Shown piece by piece: positions 48,465 through 59,355 of a stretch of 64,000 nucleotides of DNA; the first letter of the stretch is position 1, and every line of letters starts with the position of its first letter. The DNA lies in NCBI GenBank assembly GCA_965248445.1, contig CBDFJG010000002.1:608001-672000 (forward strand), given 5' to 3'. The notes beneath the pieces were generated by a model. That model was given only the letters and a program-made list of their open reading frames with translations. It ran no database searches and was not told the origin of the DNA. The stretch is from Planctomycetota bacterium. Its GTDB lineage: Bacteria > Planctomycetota > JAJSAM01 > JAJVHW01. The translations under genes were made by a program, and so were the position numbers.

Positions 48465-48827
48465 CTACTCGGGCTCGATCCGGTCGACGACGCGTGTGCT
48501 CTCGGTGACGACCTCCGTCGATACGACTGCGGGGTGGCGCGTGAGCCCGAAGTAGACGATCTGCGCACGTGTGGGGCCCGTCGGTCCCATGCGGCCCAGC
48601 ACGACCAGCGGGTGGTCGAACTGCCAGGAGATGCGCGTTTCCAGGATCACGTCGCTCTCGAGTCCGGAGCCCCCCGCGAGCATCGCGAACGTCTGCGCAG
48701 GGAAGGCGCAGAGCGCCGTCATGGCGATCAGCGTCGCTGCGCGCAGGATGGCCGCCAGCGCGCGGCGCGAGGGAGCCCGCAGCACGGGCGGGGTGCCTCT
48801 GCGCTGATCTCGGTCGCATGTGCCCAT
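48465..48827 (-). CDS. Possible small hypothetical membrane or secreted protein
   Basis: Fills the gap divergent from the DUF2959 gene and has a hydrophobic segment; weak support. Confidence 0.35.
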   Translation of the reverse strand: MGTCDRDQRRGTPPVLRAPSRRALAAILRAATLIAMTALCAFPAQTFAMLAGGSGLESDVILETRISWQFDHPLVVLGRMGPTGPTRAQIVYFGLTRHPAVVSTEVVTESTRVVDRIEPE

Positions 48828-48860
48828 CGTACCCTCCGGTCCCTGGGGTACTCTTCGGGC

Positions 48861-49505
48861 ATGCGCACCCTCGTCCTCCTCCTCGCCCTCGCCGGCGCGC
48901 TCCCGTTCGCCGCCGGCTGTCGCTCTGTCTACTACGACGTCTGGGAGACGCTCGGCAAGGAGAAACGGGATCTCCTTAAGAGCGAGATCCGCGGGATGAT
49001 GGGCGACCAACGCGACGCAGAGCTGGCATTCAGCACGGCGCTCGACCGCATGAAGCAGTTGACCGGATTCGACGGCCGGGAACTGGAGGCGCAGTACGAC
49101 CGGCTGAAGTCCGCTCACGCGGACGCCGCATCCGCTGCCGGCGACATCGACGACCGCATGGATGACATCCACAACGTCGCGGCCGACCTGTTCAGCGAGT
49201 GGGAGGCGGAGATCTCCACGATGACGACACCGGTGCTGCGCGACGCCAGCCGGCGGCAACTCACCGAGACGCGGCACCGCTACGCGAACCTCGACCGCAA
49301 CCTGAACTCGACGCGCGCGTCGATGACCCCGGTGCTCGGGTTCCTGCGCGACCACGTGCTGTACCTCAAGCACAACCTGAACGCTCAGGCCGTCGGCGCA
49401 CTTGGCAACGAGATGAGCAGCGTCGAGCGCGACATCGACGGGTTGAAGGCGAGCATTCAGCATTCGATCGACGAAGCGCAGCGCTTCATCGCTTCGATGC
49501 AGTAG
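48861..49505 (+). CDS. DUF2959 family lipoprotein
   Basis: Lipobox AAGC, YYDVWETLGKEKRDLL, LFSEWEAE, DHVLYLKHNLNAQA. Confidence 0.88.
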   Translation: MRTLVLLLALAGALPFAAGCRSVYYDVWETLGKEKRDLLKSEIRGMMGDQRDAELAFSTALDRMKQLTGFDGRELEAQYDRLKSAHADAASAAGDIDDRMDDIHNVAADLFSEWEAEISTMTTPVLRDASRRQLTETRHRYANLDRNLNSTRASMTPVLGFLRDHVLYLKHNLNAQAVGALGNEMSSVERDIDGLKASIQHSIDEAQRFIASMQ

Positions 49506-49509
49506 TTGC

Positions 49510-50574
49510 GTGGGCGGCACTGCGAACTGGCGTGTCGAGCAGCGGCCTCCCGTACGTCTGGCGGCGCCGGTCGAGGCGGTGCTCGCTTCGTTTCTGAAGG
49601 AGCGGTACCCCAAGGCGCGCGGGGATCGCCTCGACGCCGAGATCGTGGCGCTCTCCGAGGTCTTCACCGCGTCTCGCGGGTCGCTTCCCGGCTCGTACTT
49701 GAACCAGCCGCCGGTGCGCAGCGCGTACCTGGCGTTCTTCCACCCGCAGCAGATGCTGCGCGGCATGGCAGCACTGGAAGAGGTCACCACCCGCGCAACG
49801 GCCCGCGGACTCTGGCCGTCCCGTGCGCCGCTACGCGTGCTCGATCTCGGCGCCGGCCTCGGCGCGATGTCCCAGGCCCTTCTGAGCGTGCTTCCCGCGG
49901 AGACACCCGTCGAGCTGAACCTGCTCGATCACCAGCGTTCCGCAGTGCGGGACGCGCGCGACCTCACGCTCGCCGTCTCCCAGGCGCTCGGCCGGACGCC
50001 GCCAAAAGTTCGCAACGTCGTCGAGCGCGCGGAGTCGTTCTTGCAGTCCGCACGCTCCCGCGGCTACCGCTACGACCTCGTCATCGTGGGAGCGGTCCTG
50101 AACGAGTCACGCGGGGACGCGCGCGCGCTGCTGCGCAAGACGCTCGACGTGGTGGCCAAGGGCGGTTTGGTCGTGCTGGTCGAGCCGGCGCTGCCCGCGG
50201 TGGGGCGCAGCGTGATGGAACTGCGCGAGTCGTTCCTCGGCAAGACCACCACAATCGCGCCGTGCACGCACGCCGAGTCCTGTCCTCTGCTCGCCGGCGT
50301 CCGGGACTGGTGTTTCACCGTGCGCCCGGCGCAGTTGCCGCGGGATGTGGCTCAGCGCGCCCGGGACCTCGGACACCAGAACTACGAAGTGCGCTTCGCG
50401 CTCTGGGCCTTCACGCCGAAACGCGACGCCGCGCCGTTCCCCGCGGGGCGGGGCCGTGTGATCACGGACCTGATGCAGGGAGAGCGGGTTGTCTGCACGG
50501 GCGACGGATCCGTGCGGACCCGGGACCTCGAGATCGCCACGCGCGGGGACCTCGCGGCGTCTACTCGAGAGTGA
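49510..50574 (+). CDS. Rsm22-like SAM-dependent methyltransferase
   Basis: AYLAFF, LDLGAGLG, VLVEP, APCTHAESCPL...WCF. Confidence 0.82.
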   Translation: MGGTANWRVEQRPPVRLAAPVEAVLASFLKERYPKARGDRLDAEIVALSEVFTASRGSLPGSYLNQPPVRSAYLAFFHPQQMLRGMAALEEVTTRATARGLWPSRAPLRVLDLGAGLGAMSQALLSVLPAETPVELNLLDHQRSAVRDARDLTLAVSQALGRTPPKVRNVVERAESFLQSARSRGYRYDLVIVGAVLNESRGDARALLRKTLDVVAKGGLVVLVEPALPAVGRSVMELRESFLGKTTTIAPCTHAESCPLLAGVRDWCFTVRPAQLPRDVAQRARDLGHQNYEVRFALWAFTPKRDAAPFPAGRGRVITDLMQGERVVCTGDGSVRTRDLEIATRGDLAASTRE

Positions 50575-53095
50575 CCCGGCCGCTGCGCTCGGTGTCGAAC
50601 GTGCCGGTCCGTCGGTCGTCGTCGCTCTTGCCTCTCGGCACGACCTCGTAGCTCCACACGCCGGCAGCGAGCGACCACCTCTTGTGCCTGCGGACGCCGC
50701 CCTTCGCGAGCAGGCGTTCCACGCTGCAGTGTTCCAGCGGATCGACCATCTCGATCGAGGCCGCACCGTCGGTCTCTCGTTCCAGCCAGACGTCACTCGG
50801 AGATCCCTGCAGGGTCAGCCGCACGTTCGCCTTCTTCGTGTCCTTCGTCTCGCGGACCACCACGTCGCGGATCGCGTCGCGGAACTTCACCGTGAACACG
50901 GGAGCGTCGTCGCGACGCATGCGCCAGGTGAACCGCTGCAGCAGCGGGCCGCGGCTCGACGGCGCGATCACCACGAAGCGCGCCGTCCCGCGGGAGAGCC
51001 ACTCATCGAACGGCGGAAGCAGGGGCCAGTGGCCGTCGTACGTCACGCATGTGATCTCCTCGAACGGCGCCGTGCGCCGCCCGCCCGCGAGATCCGCCAT
51101 CTCCGAGACGACGCTGAACTCGCTGGCGACACCCTCAGTGCGGTGGACCGCCGTCCGGTAGTCGATCTGCGCGTACGGTCGGGTGCGTAGTGTCACGTCG
51201 GTGTCGACGACCTCGTCCCCCTCGCGTGTTTCGATCGTCACGAACTCCGCCATCAGGAGGCCCCGTCGAGGCAGCACCTCGAGTGTGGTCTCCGCACCCC
51301 ATGCGGTGCGCAGGAAGCGGGCGCCGCGAATCCTGAAGCTGCCGTCCTGCCTCGTCTCGGCCCGCGCGCCGCCGGCATGGACTCGCGCGCCCTCGACAGG
51401 CTGGTTGTGGATACGGGTCACGCGTCCGGTCACGTCGCGGATCACGATGTTGGAGCCCGGTCCGTCGCCGTCGGCGACGGCATCGTGGCGGACGACGAGC
51501 AGTTCCACTCCGGCCGTCGTGCCGATGCGCGGAACAACGGTCTGCGGGTGGCCCGGGGCCATGCGGTAGCCCTTCGCGCGGGCGAGCAGATGCTGCTCCT
51601 CGCCTGCGGGAAGATGGGGGAACACGAACGCGCCGCTCTCGCTCGCGACCACCTTGATCCCGGCCGGGAACGCATGCACACGCGCGCCGGGGACGGGTTC
51701 GCCTTCCTCGTCGCGGACGACACCGGCGGCGCGCGCGACGTCGGTCGCGGCCAGGACGACCGAGTGGGTTTCGATGTCCCCGGCGGGTGGCGCGGTCTCG
51801 AACGCGAGGATCTGGCCCCGCGCACGGGCCGGAGCGAGGCGCACGTCCACCTTCCCGTCCGGCAATCCGCTGAATTGCACACGGCCCTCTGCGTCGGTGA
51901 CGCCCTCTCGCACCACGGCGTCGCCGGCCATGCGGATGCTGGCCGCGACGTTCGGGACGGGCGCGCCGTCCGCAGAGAGCACCGCGAGGGACAGCGCGTG
52001 CGCTTCGCGAACCGTGACGTTCACGGTGGTGACGTGTCGCGACCGCGTGTACGTGCTCGCGCGGCCGACCAGGGCCGTTTCCGGTACCTCGGCATGCACA
52101 TCCAGTCGGTGGCGCGCCGTCAGACCGGGGAACGTCGCGATGCCGCTCGCGTCGGACGTGGCGGTCACCGCGTTCAGGGCCTCCGCGCCGACCGTAACGG
52201 TAGCGCCGGGAATGTCTCCTCCGAGTTCGTCGATCACGTGCACGTTCAGCTCGGCGCCTTCCTCGAGGTGGATCGTCTCCTTGAGGCGGCGTCCCGGTCC
52301 GACGGTGACCTCGACCGCCGGTGCCGCGGCCACAAAGCCGTTGCCGCCGACTCGGATCTCGAACTTGCCGAAGGTCGGCGCGAAGAGGGCCACTTCGTCG
52401 TTGTCGAGTCTGTCGAGCTTGTCCAGGGCGTTGCGCCGGGACACGCGGCGATCCTCGTCCGAGACGGTAAGCGTCGTGTGATCGACAATGCGTCCGTCCT
52501 GCACGAGCGTGAGCGGGACGCCCTGCAACAGCTCGATCGGACCCGGGCCGCGGAGAGTGACGATGATCGGCGCCAGTCTCCGCAGTTCGGCCGACTTCTC
52601 CGTCCTCTCGTGTGCGCGCAGCACGACGTCGCCGAAGATCCCCGACAGGTACTTCCGCTTCTCGATGCGGACGATCAGCGGCACGTCGTGCGGGAGGTTG
52701 CGGATCTCGTAGTTGCCCCGCTTGGTTGTGCGCGTGCCGGCGATGCGCGAACCGTCGATGTGCTGCACCGTGATAAGGACGCCCTCGGCGGACAGACGCA
52801 GAAACGGGTCGTGCAACGTCCCGAAGAGCGTGCCGAGTCCCAGCGGCTCGGCCTTCTGCTGCGGCGCGACGAGCGGGTCCGCCGGCTCGGGCACCACGTG
52901 CTCTCGGACCCGGCCGGGCGTGCCGTCCTGAGAGTGGATGCGCCGCCGCAGGCGCGGCGCGTCGCGCTCGGTGTCTTCGTCCGAGTCGAGGGCCCAGTCC
53001 GAGGAGGCGAGGAAGCTCGCGAGCCAGATCGACAGCAGAGCCACGGCCAGGACGGCGAGCGCGATCAGGGCAGCTCGGCGTCTGTTCGACCGCAC
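50561..53095 (-). CDS. Membrane-anchored protein with carboxypeptidase-regulatory-like (Ig/Cna-B) repeats
   Basis: AGGGAGG RBS, N-terminal TM helix, repeated V.D..G.PVPGA.V...TDA.G.F..L units. Confidence 0.8.
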   Translation of the reverse strand: MRSNRRRAALIALAVLAVALLSIWLASFLASSDWALDSDEDTERDAPRLRRRIHSQDGTPGRVREHVVPEPADPLVAPQQKAEPLGLGTLFGTLHDPFLRLSAEGVLITVQHIDGSRIAGTRTTKRGNYEIRNLPHDVPLIVRIEKRKYLSGIFGDVVLRAHERTEKSAELRRLAPIIVTLRGPGPIELLQGVPLTLVQDGRIVDHTTLTVSDEDRRVSRRNALDKLDRLDNDEVALFAPTFGKFEIRVGGNGFVAAAPAVEVTVGPGRRLKETIHLEEGAELNVHVIDELGGDIPGATVTVGAEALNAVTATSDASGIATFPGLTARHRLDVHAEVPETALVGRASTYTRSRHVTTVNVTVREAHALSLAVLSADGAPVPNVAASIRMAGDAVVREGVTDAEGRVQFSGLPDGKVDVRLAPARARGQILAFETAPPAGDIETHSVVLAATDVARAAGVVRDEEGEPVPGARVHAFPAGIKVVASESGAFVFPHLPAGEEQHLLARAKGYRMAPGHPQTVVPRIGTTAGVELLVVRHDAVADGDGPGSNIVIRDVTGRVTRIHNQPVEGARVHAGGARAETRQDGSFRIRGARFLRTAWGAETTLEVLPRRGLLMAEFVTIETREGDEVVDTDVTLRTRPYAQIDYRTAVHRTEGVASEFSVVSEMADLAGGRRTAPFEEITCVTYDGHWPLLPPFDEWLSRGTARFVVIAPSSRGPLLQRFTWRMRRDDAPVFTVKFRDAIRDVVVRETKDTKKANVRLTLQGSPSDVWLERETDGAASIEMVDPLEHCSVERLLAKGGVRRHKRWSLAAGVWSYEVVPRGKSDDDRRTGTFDTERSGRVTLE

Positions 53096-53223
53096 GGAGA
53101 CCTCCCTACTGCGTCCACGCTCTCCCCGCGCTACTCCTTGAACGACCCGCACCTCTCTTTGAACGACACTGGCCGCCTCCATGTTGCACGCCCCGGGCAG
53201 CCTCCGCGGATACGATCCGGCGC

Positions 53224-54578
53224 ATGCCGAACCAGCGCTACGAAGGTCCCGTGATCTTGGACGCCCCGCGCGCCCTGAACCATGCACAGGACCTCTGCGC
53301 GTTCGTGGATGCGAGCCCCATGCCGCATCTGGCCGTTGCGGAGTGCGCGGGCCGGCTGTCGTCCGCCGGATACACGGAACTTCGCGAGGATGCCGCCTGG
53401 ACGCTGTCGGCAGGCGACAAGCGCTACGTCGTGCGGGCCGGCAGCACGCTGCTGGCGTTCGAAGTGGGCGCCGCGCCGCCCGACGAGTCGGGGATCGCGG
53501 GGTTCGGTGCGCACCTGGACTCGCCGAACCTGCGCATCAAGCCGAACCCCGACACGGAGAAGTTCGGCTACACGCAACTCGCCATCGAGACGTATGGAGG
53601 TCTGATCGTCGCGAGCTGGCTCGATCGCGACCTCGGCATCGCGGGGGGAACGTCGTCGTGCGCGGGGCGGGCGGAGACACGACCTCTCGCTTGGTCGACG
53701 TTCGCCGACCCGTTGCGCGCTGCCCGAACCTCGCAATTCACCTCAACCGCGAAGTGAACGAAAAGGGCTTGAGGGTCGACACGCAGACGGAGCTGCCGCC
53801 GATCACAGGGACGCTCGTGACGGGGGACCCGGGCGAGGGCGGACTGCGCGCGCTGCTCTCCGGTGAGCTCGACGTCGCACCGGATGACATCCTCGACTGG
53901 GACCTGGGCCTCATGGATGTGCAGGCGTCGGCGATCGGCGGGATCGAACGCGACCTCGTGTTCGCTCCGCGTCTCGACAACCTCGCGATGTCTCACGCCG
54001 GTCTCGTCGCGCTGATCGAGTCAGGCGAACGGCCGTCGGACACCACGCGGCTGATCGCGCTCTTCGATCACGAGGAGTGCGGAAGTGAGTCGGTGCAGGG
54101 CGCACAGGGCTCGCTCCTGATGGACGTGGTCCGGCGTCTCTCCGAGAACCACCCTGACCGGCGCACGTCGGGACACGAGACGACGGCGCGGGCGGCGGCG
54201 CGGTCGTTCTTCGTGAGTGCGGACATGGCGCATGCCATCCACCCCGGGCACCCCAGGGTCTACGAACCCGACCATCACCCGTACATGAACCGCGGACCGG
54301 CCATCAAGCGCAACGTCAACCAGCGGTACGCCACCGACGGCGAGACCGGGGCGCGTTTTGCGGAGTACTGCCGGCGGGCCGGGTTCGAGCCGCAGGACTA
54401 CGTTCATCGCACCGGGTTGCGCTGCGGCTCGACGATCGGCCCGATGACCGCCGCGGGCTCCGGCATCCGGACGGTGGACGTGGGCAATCCGATGCTCGCC
54501 ATGCACTCGATCCGTGAGACTGGCGGCGCGTTCGACTCCGACCTGATGATCCAGGCGCTGCACCATCACTTCGCGTAG
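53224..54578 (+). CDS. M18 family (aspartyl) aminopeptidase, frameshift in the G run near 53645
   Basis: GAHLDSPNL, WLDRDLGIAG in one frame; PRLDNL, FDHEECGS, SADMAHAIHP, CGSTIGP, MHSIRE in the other. Confidence 0.9.
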
Positions 54579-54591
54579 GTAGACTCGACTC

Positions 54592-56337
54592 GTGACCTCA
54601 CTCCCACGCCTGCGCATCCTGCCCGCGATCGCGTGCGTGGCCCTCCTCGTGCCGGTGGCCCTCCTCGCGCCGGTGGCCCGCGCCGACGACACGGTGCTCA
54701 AGAACGCCGGCGACACGATCGAGGCCACGTTGCCCGGCAAGTGGCGCCAGCAGAAGGTGGAGCGCGGCATCTCGGCGGCGGGGTTCCTGGGAGTCAAGCG
54801 CGCAGAGTTCTTCGCGCACGTTGACGAGAAGGCGGAGTTCAAGAACGGGGCCGTCGACACGTGGAAGGCCTGGCGCACCGCGGCCGGTGGAGCTCCGGCT
54901 TACGCGGCCGTGGAGACTCCCGACGGCGGGGGAACCCGATTCACGGCGCACAGCGAGGAGCAGGGCACGGTCGAGTACGTGCGCGTTGTAGGCGGCCCGG
55001 GCGTCATCGCCGTCGCGTGGGTGAAGGTGTCCGGTGCTCCGGGAGTGGTCGCCGAGGAGTGCTGGGCCACGCTCGCGAACTTGTCCGTCGGCAAGCGTGC
55101 GCTGCCGCCGGAGGCAGGCGGCGGCGAGAGCGGTGGCGAGAGCGGCGGAGAGGCGCCGGAGAAGCCGAAGGGTCTCGTACTCAAGGACCCCGGCCTGCGG
55201 ATCTCGTTGACGTTTCCCGACGGGTTCAAGAAGCGCAAGGACGTGCAGCCCGCAGGCGCCCGTGCGATCGCGGCGACCGGCAAGGTCGGTACCGACGAAC
55301 ACGCGTACATCGACGTGTACCTGCTCGACTCCTTCAAGCGCACGGACGCGGCCGGGCACTGGTGGCGCGAAGCGGAGCGCCGCGGGTGGCTGGAGCCGAT
55401 CCGAATCGACGGGACGCTGCTGTCGTTCACGCTCGAGGTCCAGGACGAGACGTGGACGCGGCACGTTCGCATCATCGACACATCCGCGGGCATCGTGGCG
55501 CTGAAGGTGGACTCGGAATCGCAGACCAAGAAGTCGGCCTCCGCGTTCATCGACATGATGGTGGCGAAGGTCGAGGTGCTGAAGAAGCTGAACGATCCGC
55601 CGCGGCCGCCCATCGACTTCAAGGTGGTCCCCGGCAAGGGCGTGACGGTCCACGCGGAGTCCGCGTCGATCGCGGATGCTCTTCGTCTCGAGGCCGAGGA
55701 GATCGACGAGCAGGTTCAGGAGTTGACGGGCCTGGAACCGCGGGCCGGGCGCAAGGCCGTGGTCGTCGTGTACGCCACACGCGAGAAGCTCATCGCTGCG
55801 CAGAAGCTCGCCCGCCTGGACGTGAACGCGGCGGGGGAGTTCGATCCGCGGGCCGGTGTCGTCCGCACCTTCGCCAAGCCGTTCGTCGAGACGGCCGACC
55901 GCCAGCGCCTGCGCGAGGAGATGGCGCGCGATGCGCTGCACCGCCGACTCGGGTACCGCGCGCCGTGGTGGCTCGAACGCGGCGCCGCTCTGCTCATCGG
56001 TAACGGCGCACACCACAGGGGCCGCATCAACCGGCCGCACCCCGAGTTGCTCGAGGGCGCGCGCGACGCTGCCGGCGGCACGGTCGAGTTCGAGGCCACA
56101 CGCTGGTGGCTCGAATCCGAAAGCATCGGGAACCCGGAGCGCGACGCGGTGCTCTGGAGCTTCATGTTCCTCCTGTCTCTCGACGCGCCGCCTGGCAAGA
56201 AGTGGCGCGAGCCGTTCCGGAGCTACTGCCGCGAACTGCAGTCCAGCGGGGACGTCGTCACCGCCAGCAAGGTGTTCGACTTCTCGAAAGAGCAGGAGTT
56301 CATCGACGAGTGGAAGACCTGGGTGCGGAAGCTGTAG
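54592..56337 (+). CDS. Hypothetical secreted protein with a degenerate zincin-like C-terminal domain
   Basis: Signal peptide ending ARA; APWWLERGAA resembles the P.W..EG.A motif of MA-clan peptidases. Confidence 0.7.
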   Translation: MTSLPRLRILPAIACVALLVPVALLAPVARADDTVLKNAGDTIEATLPGKWRQQKVERGISAAGFLGVKRAEFFAHVDEKAEFKNGAVDTWKAWRTAAGGAPAYAAVETPDGGGTRFTAHSEEQGTVEYVRVVGGPGVIAVAWVKVSGAPGVVAEECWATLANLSVGKRALPPEAGGGESGGESGGEAPEKPKGLVLKDPGLRISLTFPDGFKKRKDVQPAGARAIAATGKVGTDEHAYIDVYLLDSFKRTDAAGHWWREAERRGWLEPIRIDGTLLSFTLEVQDETWTRHVRIIDTSAGIVALKVDSESQTKKSASAFIDMMVAKVEVLKKLNDPPRPPIDFKVVPGKGVTVHAESASIADALRLEAEEIDEQVQELTGLEPRAGRKAVVVVYATREKLIAAQKLARLDVNAAGEFDPRAGVVRTFAKPFVETADRQRLREEMARDALHRRLGYRAPWWLERGAALLIGNGAHHRGRINRPHPELLEGARDAAGGTVEFEATRWWLESESIGNPERDAVLWSFMFLLSLDAPPGKKWREPFRSYCRELQSSGDVVTASKVFDFSKEQEFIDEWKTWVRKL

Positions 56338-56422
56338 GTCCCGCTGCAGAGGCGGCAAGAACAGCCGCGCCTTGCGGCCGGCCCGCACTCACCGTGTGTC
56401 ACACAGTGATAGCCTCCCTCTG

Positions 56423-58786
56423 ATGCGTCTCCGCACCGCCCTGCCGTTCTTCCTGGCCGTGGTCTCGATCACGCTCGCTCCGTTCCCCGGAGAGCGGCCG
56501 CATCGGAAGCATGCCCAGGTGGCTCCCGAGGCGCCCCGAGAGCGCGTGCGGGCCGTGCGGGTAGAGAGCGCCGCCCAGGCGGCGGCGCCCGTCTCCACGG
56601 ACGTCTCCGAGGCTGCTCGGGCGGAGCCCGTGACGCCGGGCCCGGGCCGCAGAGTGGTCCTCACGCACCTCGTGGCGCGCGAAGGCCATCTGGGGCGGAT
56701 CGCCCGCGACCTGATCGAGGAGCACCGCGGTGCCATCGGACTGGACGGAGCGCCGGGACGGCTCGAACTGGCGCGCGAGTTCACGAGCCTGGCCGCCCAT
56801 CACGTGCGTTTCCGTCAGACGCTGGGGGAGATCCCCGGCGTGCCCGTCTTCGGCAGCGAGGTCTCGGCGCATGTGGCGACGGACGGTCGTCCGCTGCTCG
56901 TGGCGGCCGACCTGTTCCCGCTGGGCGGGATGACCGAACGGGACCTCGCACCGGAGATCGACGCGGCTGCGGCGCGCACGGAAGCGGTGCAGGTCGCGCG
57001 CGACGACGACGCGGAGACGCAGGCGGCCGTCGAGGCGCGCGAGCCGCAGCTCGTAATCCTGCCCGACGGCAAGAGCGCGAGTCTGGCATGGCGCGTCGAT
57101 GTGCGCACCAGCGAGCAGAGCCTGCGCGTGTTCGTGGATGCGGGCGACGGAACGGCATTGCGCATCGACGACCTTCGCATCGGTGTGGACGGCCAGGGCG
57201 CCGTGTTCGATCCCAACCCCATGCACAGCGAGGGGAACCCCACCTTCCACGACTCGAACGACAAGGACTCCAGTGGCTTGACGGCGGCTCGACGTTTCGA
57301 GACGCTCCCGCGCCTCGACGGAACCGGGTTCCTCCGCGATCCGTGGGTGGATCTCACGCCGTCACCGGTGCTCGCGTTTCAGGCCGATCTGGACTGGAAC
57401 TGGGTAACGCGCAGTCATCACGCGTTCGAGCAGGTCATGTGCTACTTCCATATCGATCGCACCCAGGCGGAGATCCAGGAGCTCGGGTTCGCGAACGTGA
57501 ACGCGCGGCAGCAGGACGTCGATGCCCACGCCGGCTCGAGCGATCAGTCGTTCTTCGACCTGTTCGACCGATCCGTGAACTTTGGCGACGGCGGCGTGGA
57601 CGACGGTGAGGACGCGGATGTCATCGTCCACGAGTACGGGCATGCCATCCAGCACGACCAGGTCGACGACTTCGGCGTCACCGGCGAGGGCGGCGCGATG
57701 GGCGAGGGGTTCGGCGACTGGCTCGCTGTGATGATGCACGAGTCGTCGCGTCCGAACTGGGACCCGCTCTTCGCCTCGTGGGACGCCGCACCCGGATCGA
57801 ACAAGACCCCGCCGTATCTGCGTCGCGTGGACCGGAACAAGGTGTTCCCGAAGGACACCGCGGGCGAGGTGCACGAGGACGGCGAGATCTGGTCGCGGTT
57901 CCTCTACGACGTCCGCCACCTGGTCGGCCGCGACGACGCCCTGCGGCTCGTGATCGAGTCGCACTTCCTGCTCACGTCATTCTCCCGCTTTCGCGACGGA
58001 ACCGAGGCGCTGCTCATCACGAACCTCGCGATGCGTGAGGGCCGCAACGACGCATCACTGCGCGCCGCCGCCGACGCGCGCGGCCTTCCGTTCCTCGTCC
58101 TTCCCGCAGAACTCCCGCCGGAGGAGGCGTCTGAGGAAAACGACACGCGCGCGGAGGCGAGCGACCTGAACCCGGGCGTCTACCAGCGCTACGTGCTCGC
58201 CGATGATGACTGGTTCCGTGTCGTCGTGCCGCCGTTCCGGCGCTACGTCATCCGGATGGACTTCGATCCGGCCGGCATGGACGCGGCGTTGACCGTCGAG
58301 GACCAGGCAGGCCAAGTCGCGGCGGTGGCCGACGGCGTCGAGGGTGTCGAGGAATTGGAGATCACGGCGGCGACCGCGCCGCGGACGGTCTACCTGCGCA
58401 TCCACCACGCGGACCCGGACGCTGTCACCCCCGCGCCCTACGACCTCGCGGTCGTGGACGCGGAACTCGAGTCGTTCACCGACAGGCACGCCGAGGTCCG
58501 CCGGTTCCAGCCGGGCGATCTCCATGTGTTCCGCGTTTCGGTGAACGCCGCGAAGGTCGATGATGGTGCGGCTCTCAAGGTCCGGACCAACCGCCGGGCC
58601 GGCAGCCCGGCCGAGATCCAGGCGCTGCGGCCCGGTGGTTCCGAGTTCGCGCCGTTCGAGGACTCGAAGCGACGCCGCAACGCGGTCGTCAAGCTCGTCG
58701 TCGACGAACCCGGAGACTGGGTGTTTGCCGTCCGTCCGCGCAAGGCGAAGAGCGGCCGCTACGTGCTGAAGATCAAGCTCCGGTAG
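56423..58786 (+). CDS. M36/M4-like extracellular zinc metallopeptidase with propeptide and C-terminal PPC-like domains
   Basis: HVRFRQ propeptide, HEYGH, GAMGEGFGD, EVHEDGEIWS, DDDWF. Confidence 0.88.
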   Translation: MRLRTALPFFLAVVSITLAPFPGERPHRKHAQVAPEAPRERVRAVRVESAAQAAAPVSTDVSEAARAEPVTPGPGRRVVLTHLVAREGHLGRIARDLIEEHRGAIGLDGAPGRLELAREFTSLAAHHVRFRQTLGEIPGVPVFGSEVSAHVATDGRPLLVAADLFPLGGMTERDLAPEIDAAAARTEAVQVARDDDAETQAAVEAREPQLVILPDGKSASLAWRVDVRTSEQSLRVFVDAGDGTALRIDDLRIGVDGQGAVFDPNPMHSEGNPTFHDSNDKDSSGLTAARRFETLPRLDGTGFLRDPWVDLTPSPVLAFQADLDWNWVTRSHHAFEQVMCYFHIDRTQAEIQELGFANVNARQQDVDAHAGSSDQSFFDLFDRSVNFGDGGVDDGEDADVIVHEYGHAIQHDQVDDFGVTGEGGAMGEGFGDWLAVMMHESSRPNWDPLFASWDAAPGSNKTPPYLRRVDRNKVFPKDTAGEVHEDGEIWSRFLYDVRHLVGRDDALRLVIESHFLLTSFSRFRDGTEALLITNLAMREGRNDASLRAAADARGLPFLVLPAELPPEEASEENDTRAEASDLNPGVYQRYVLADDDWFRVVVPPFRRYVIRMDFDPAGMDAALTVEDQAGQVAAVADGVEGVEELEITAATAPRTVYLRIHHADPDAVTPAPYDLAVVDAELESFTDRHAEVRRFQPGDLHVFRVSVNAAKVDDGAALKVRTNRRAGSPAEIQALRPGGSEFAPFEDSKRRRNAVVKLVVDEPGDWVFAVRPRKAKSGRYVLKIKLR

Positions 58787-59312
58787 CGACGGCGACGCGG
58801 CCGTCCGCTGACACCGCGTGACCCTCGTGTGCCAGCAGGTCGCGCTTGTGCGAGGGGCGCGCGCTGAACCCGCCGATGCGACGGTTCGTGGCCAGCACGC
58901 GGTGGCACGGGACGACGATCGGGACCGGGTTGCGTCCGCACGCTCCGCCCACCGCCCGCGCCGCGTTGTCGTTGCCGATGCGTGCAGCCAGCTCGCCGTA
59001 ACTGACGGTCTCGCCGAACGGAATGTCGCGCAGCGCGTCCAGGACGTTTCGCGTGAACGGCGTCACGGTCGAGAGATCGAGCGGCATCGTGAACTCCGCC
59101 AGCTCACCGGCGAAGTACGCCTGCAACTCCCGCGCGGCGGGATGGTCGCTGACCTCGCGGCGTTCGCCGTCGAGAACGGCGACCTGCTCGTCGAACGACC
59201 CGCCGGGCAGTGTCAGCACCGCCAGCCCGTCTTCGGTGGCAGCGCAACGCAGCGTGCCCAGCGGACTCCGGACTGAAAACGTCAGTACTTCACTCGTCGC
59301 AACTCGCGGCAT
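58773..59312 (-). CDS. ogt: Methylated-DNA-protein-cysteine methyltransferase
   Basis: SPLG, IPFGETVSYGELA, RAVG, VPCHRV. Confidence 0.94.
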   Translation of the reverse strand: MPRVATSEVLTFSVRSPLGTLRCAATEDGLAVLTLPGGSFDEQVAVLDGERREVSDHPAARELQAYFAGELAEFTMPLDLSTVTPFTRNVLDALRDIPFGETVSYGELAARIGNDNAARAVGGACGRNPVPIVVPCHRVLATNRRIGGFSARPSHKRDLLAHEGHAVSADGRVAVATGA

Positions 59313-59355
59313 CACGCACTCCTCCCAGAGTCGTCCATTCGGGACCCGACTCGCA

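Noticed and set aside
48331..48555. 74-aa plus-strand ORF
   Set aside because: No motif, and it overlaps a slightly more plausible minus-strand ORF
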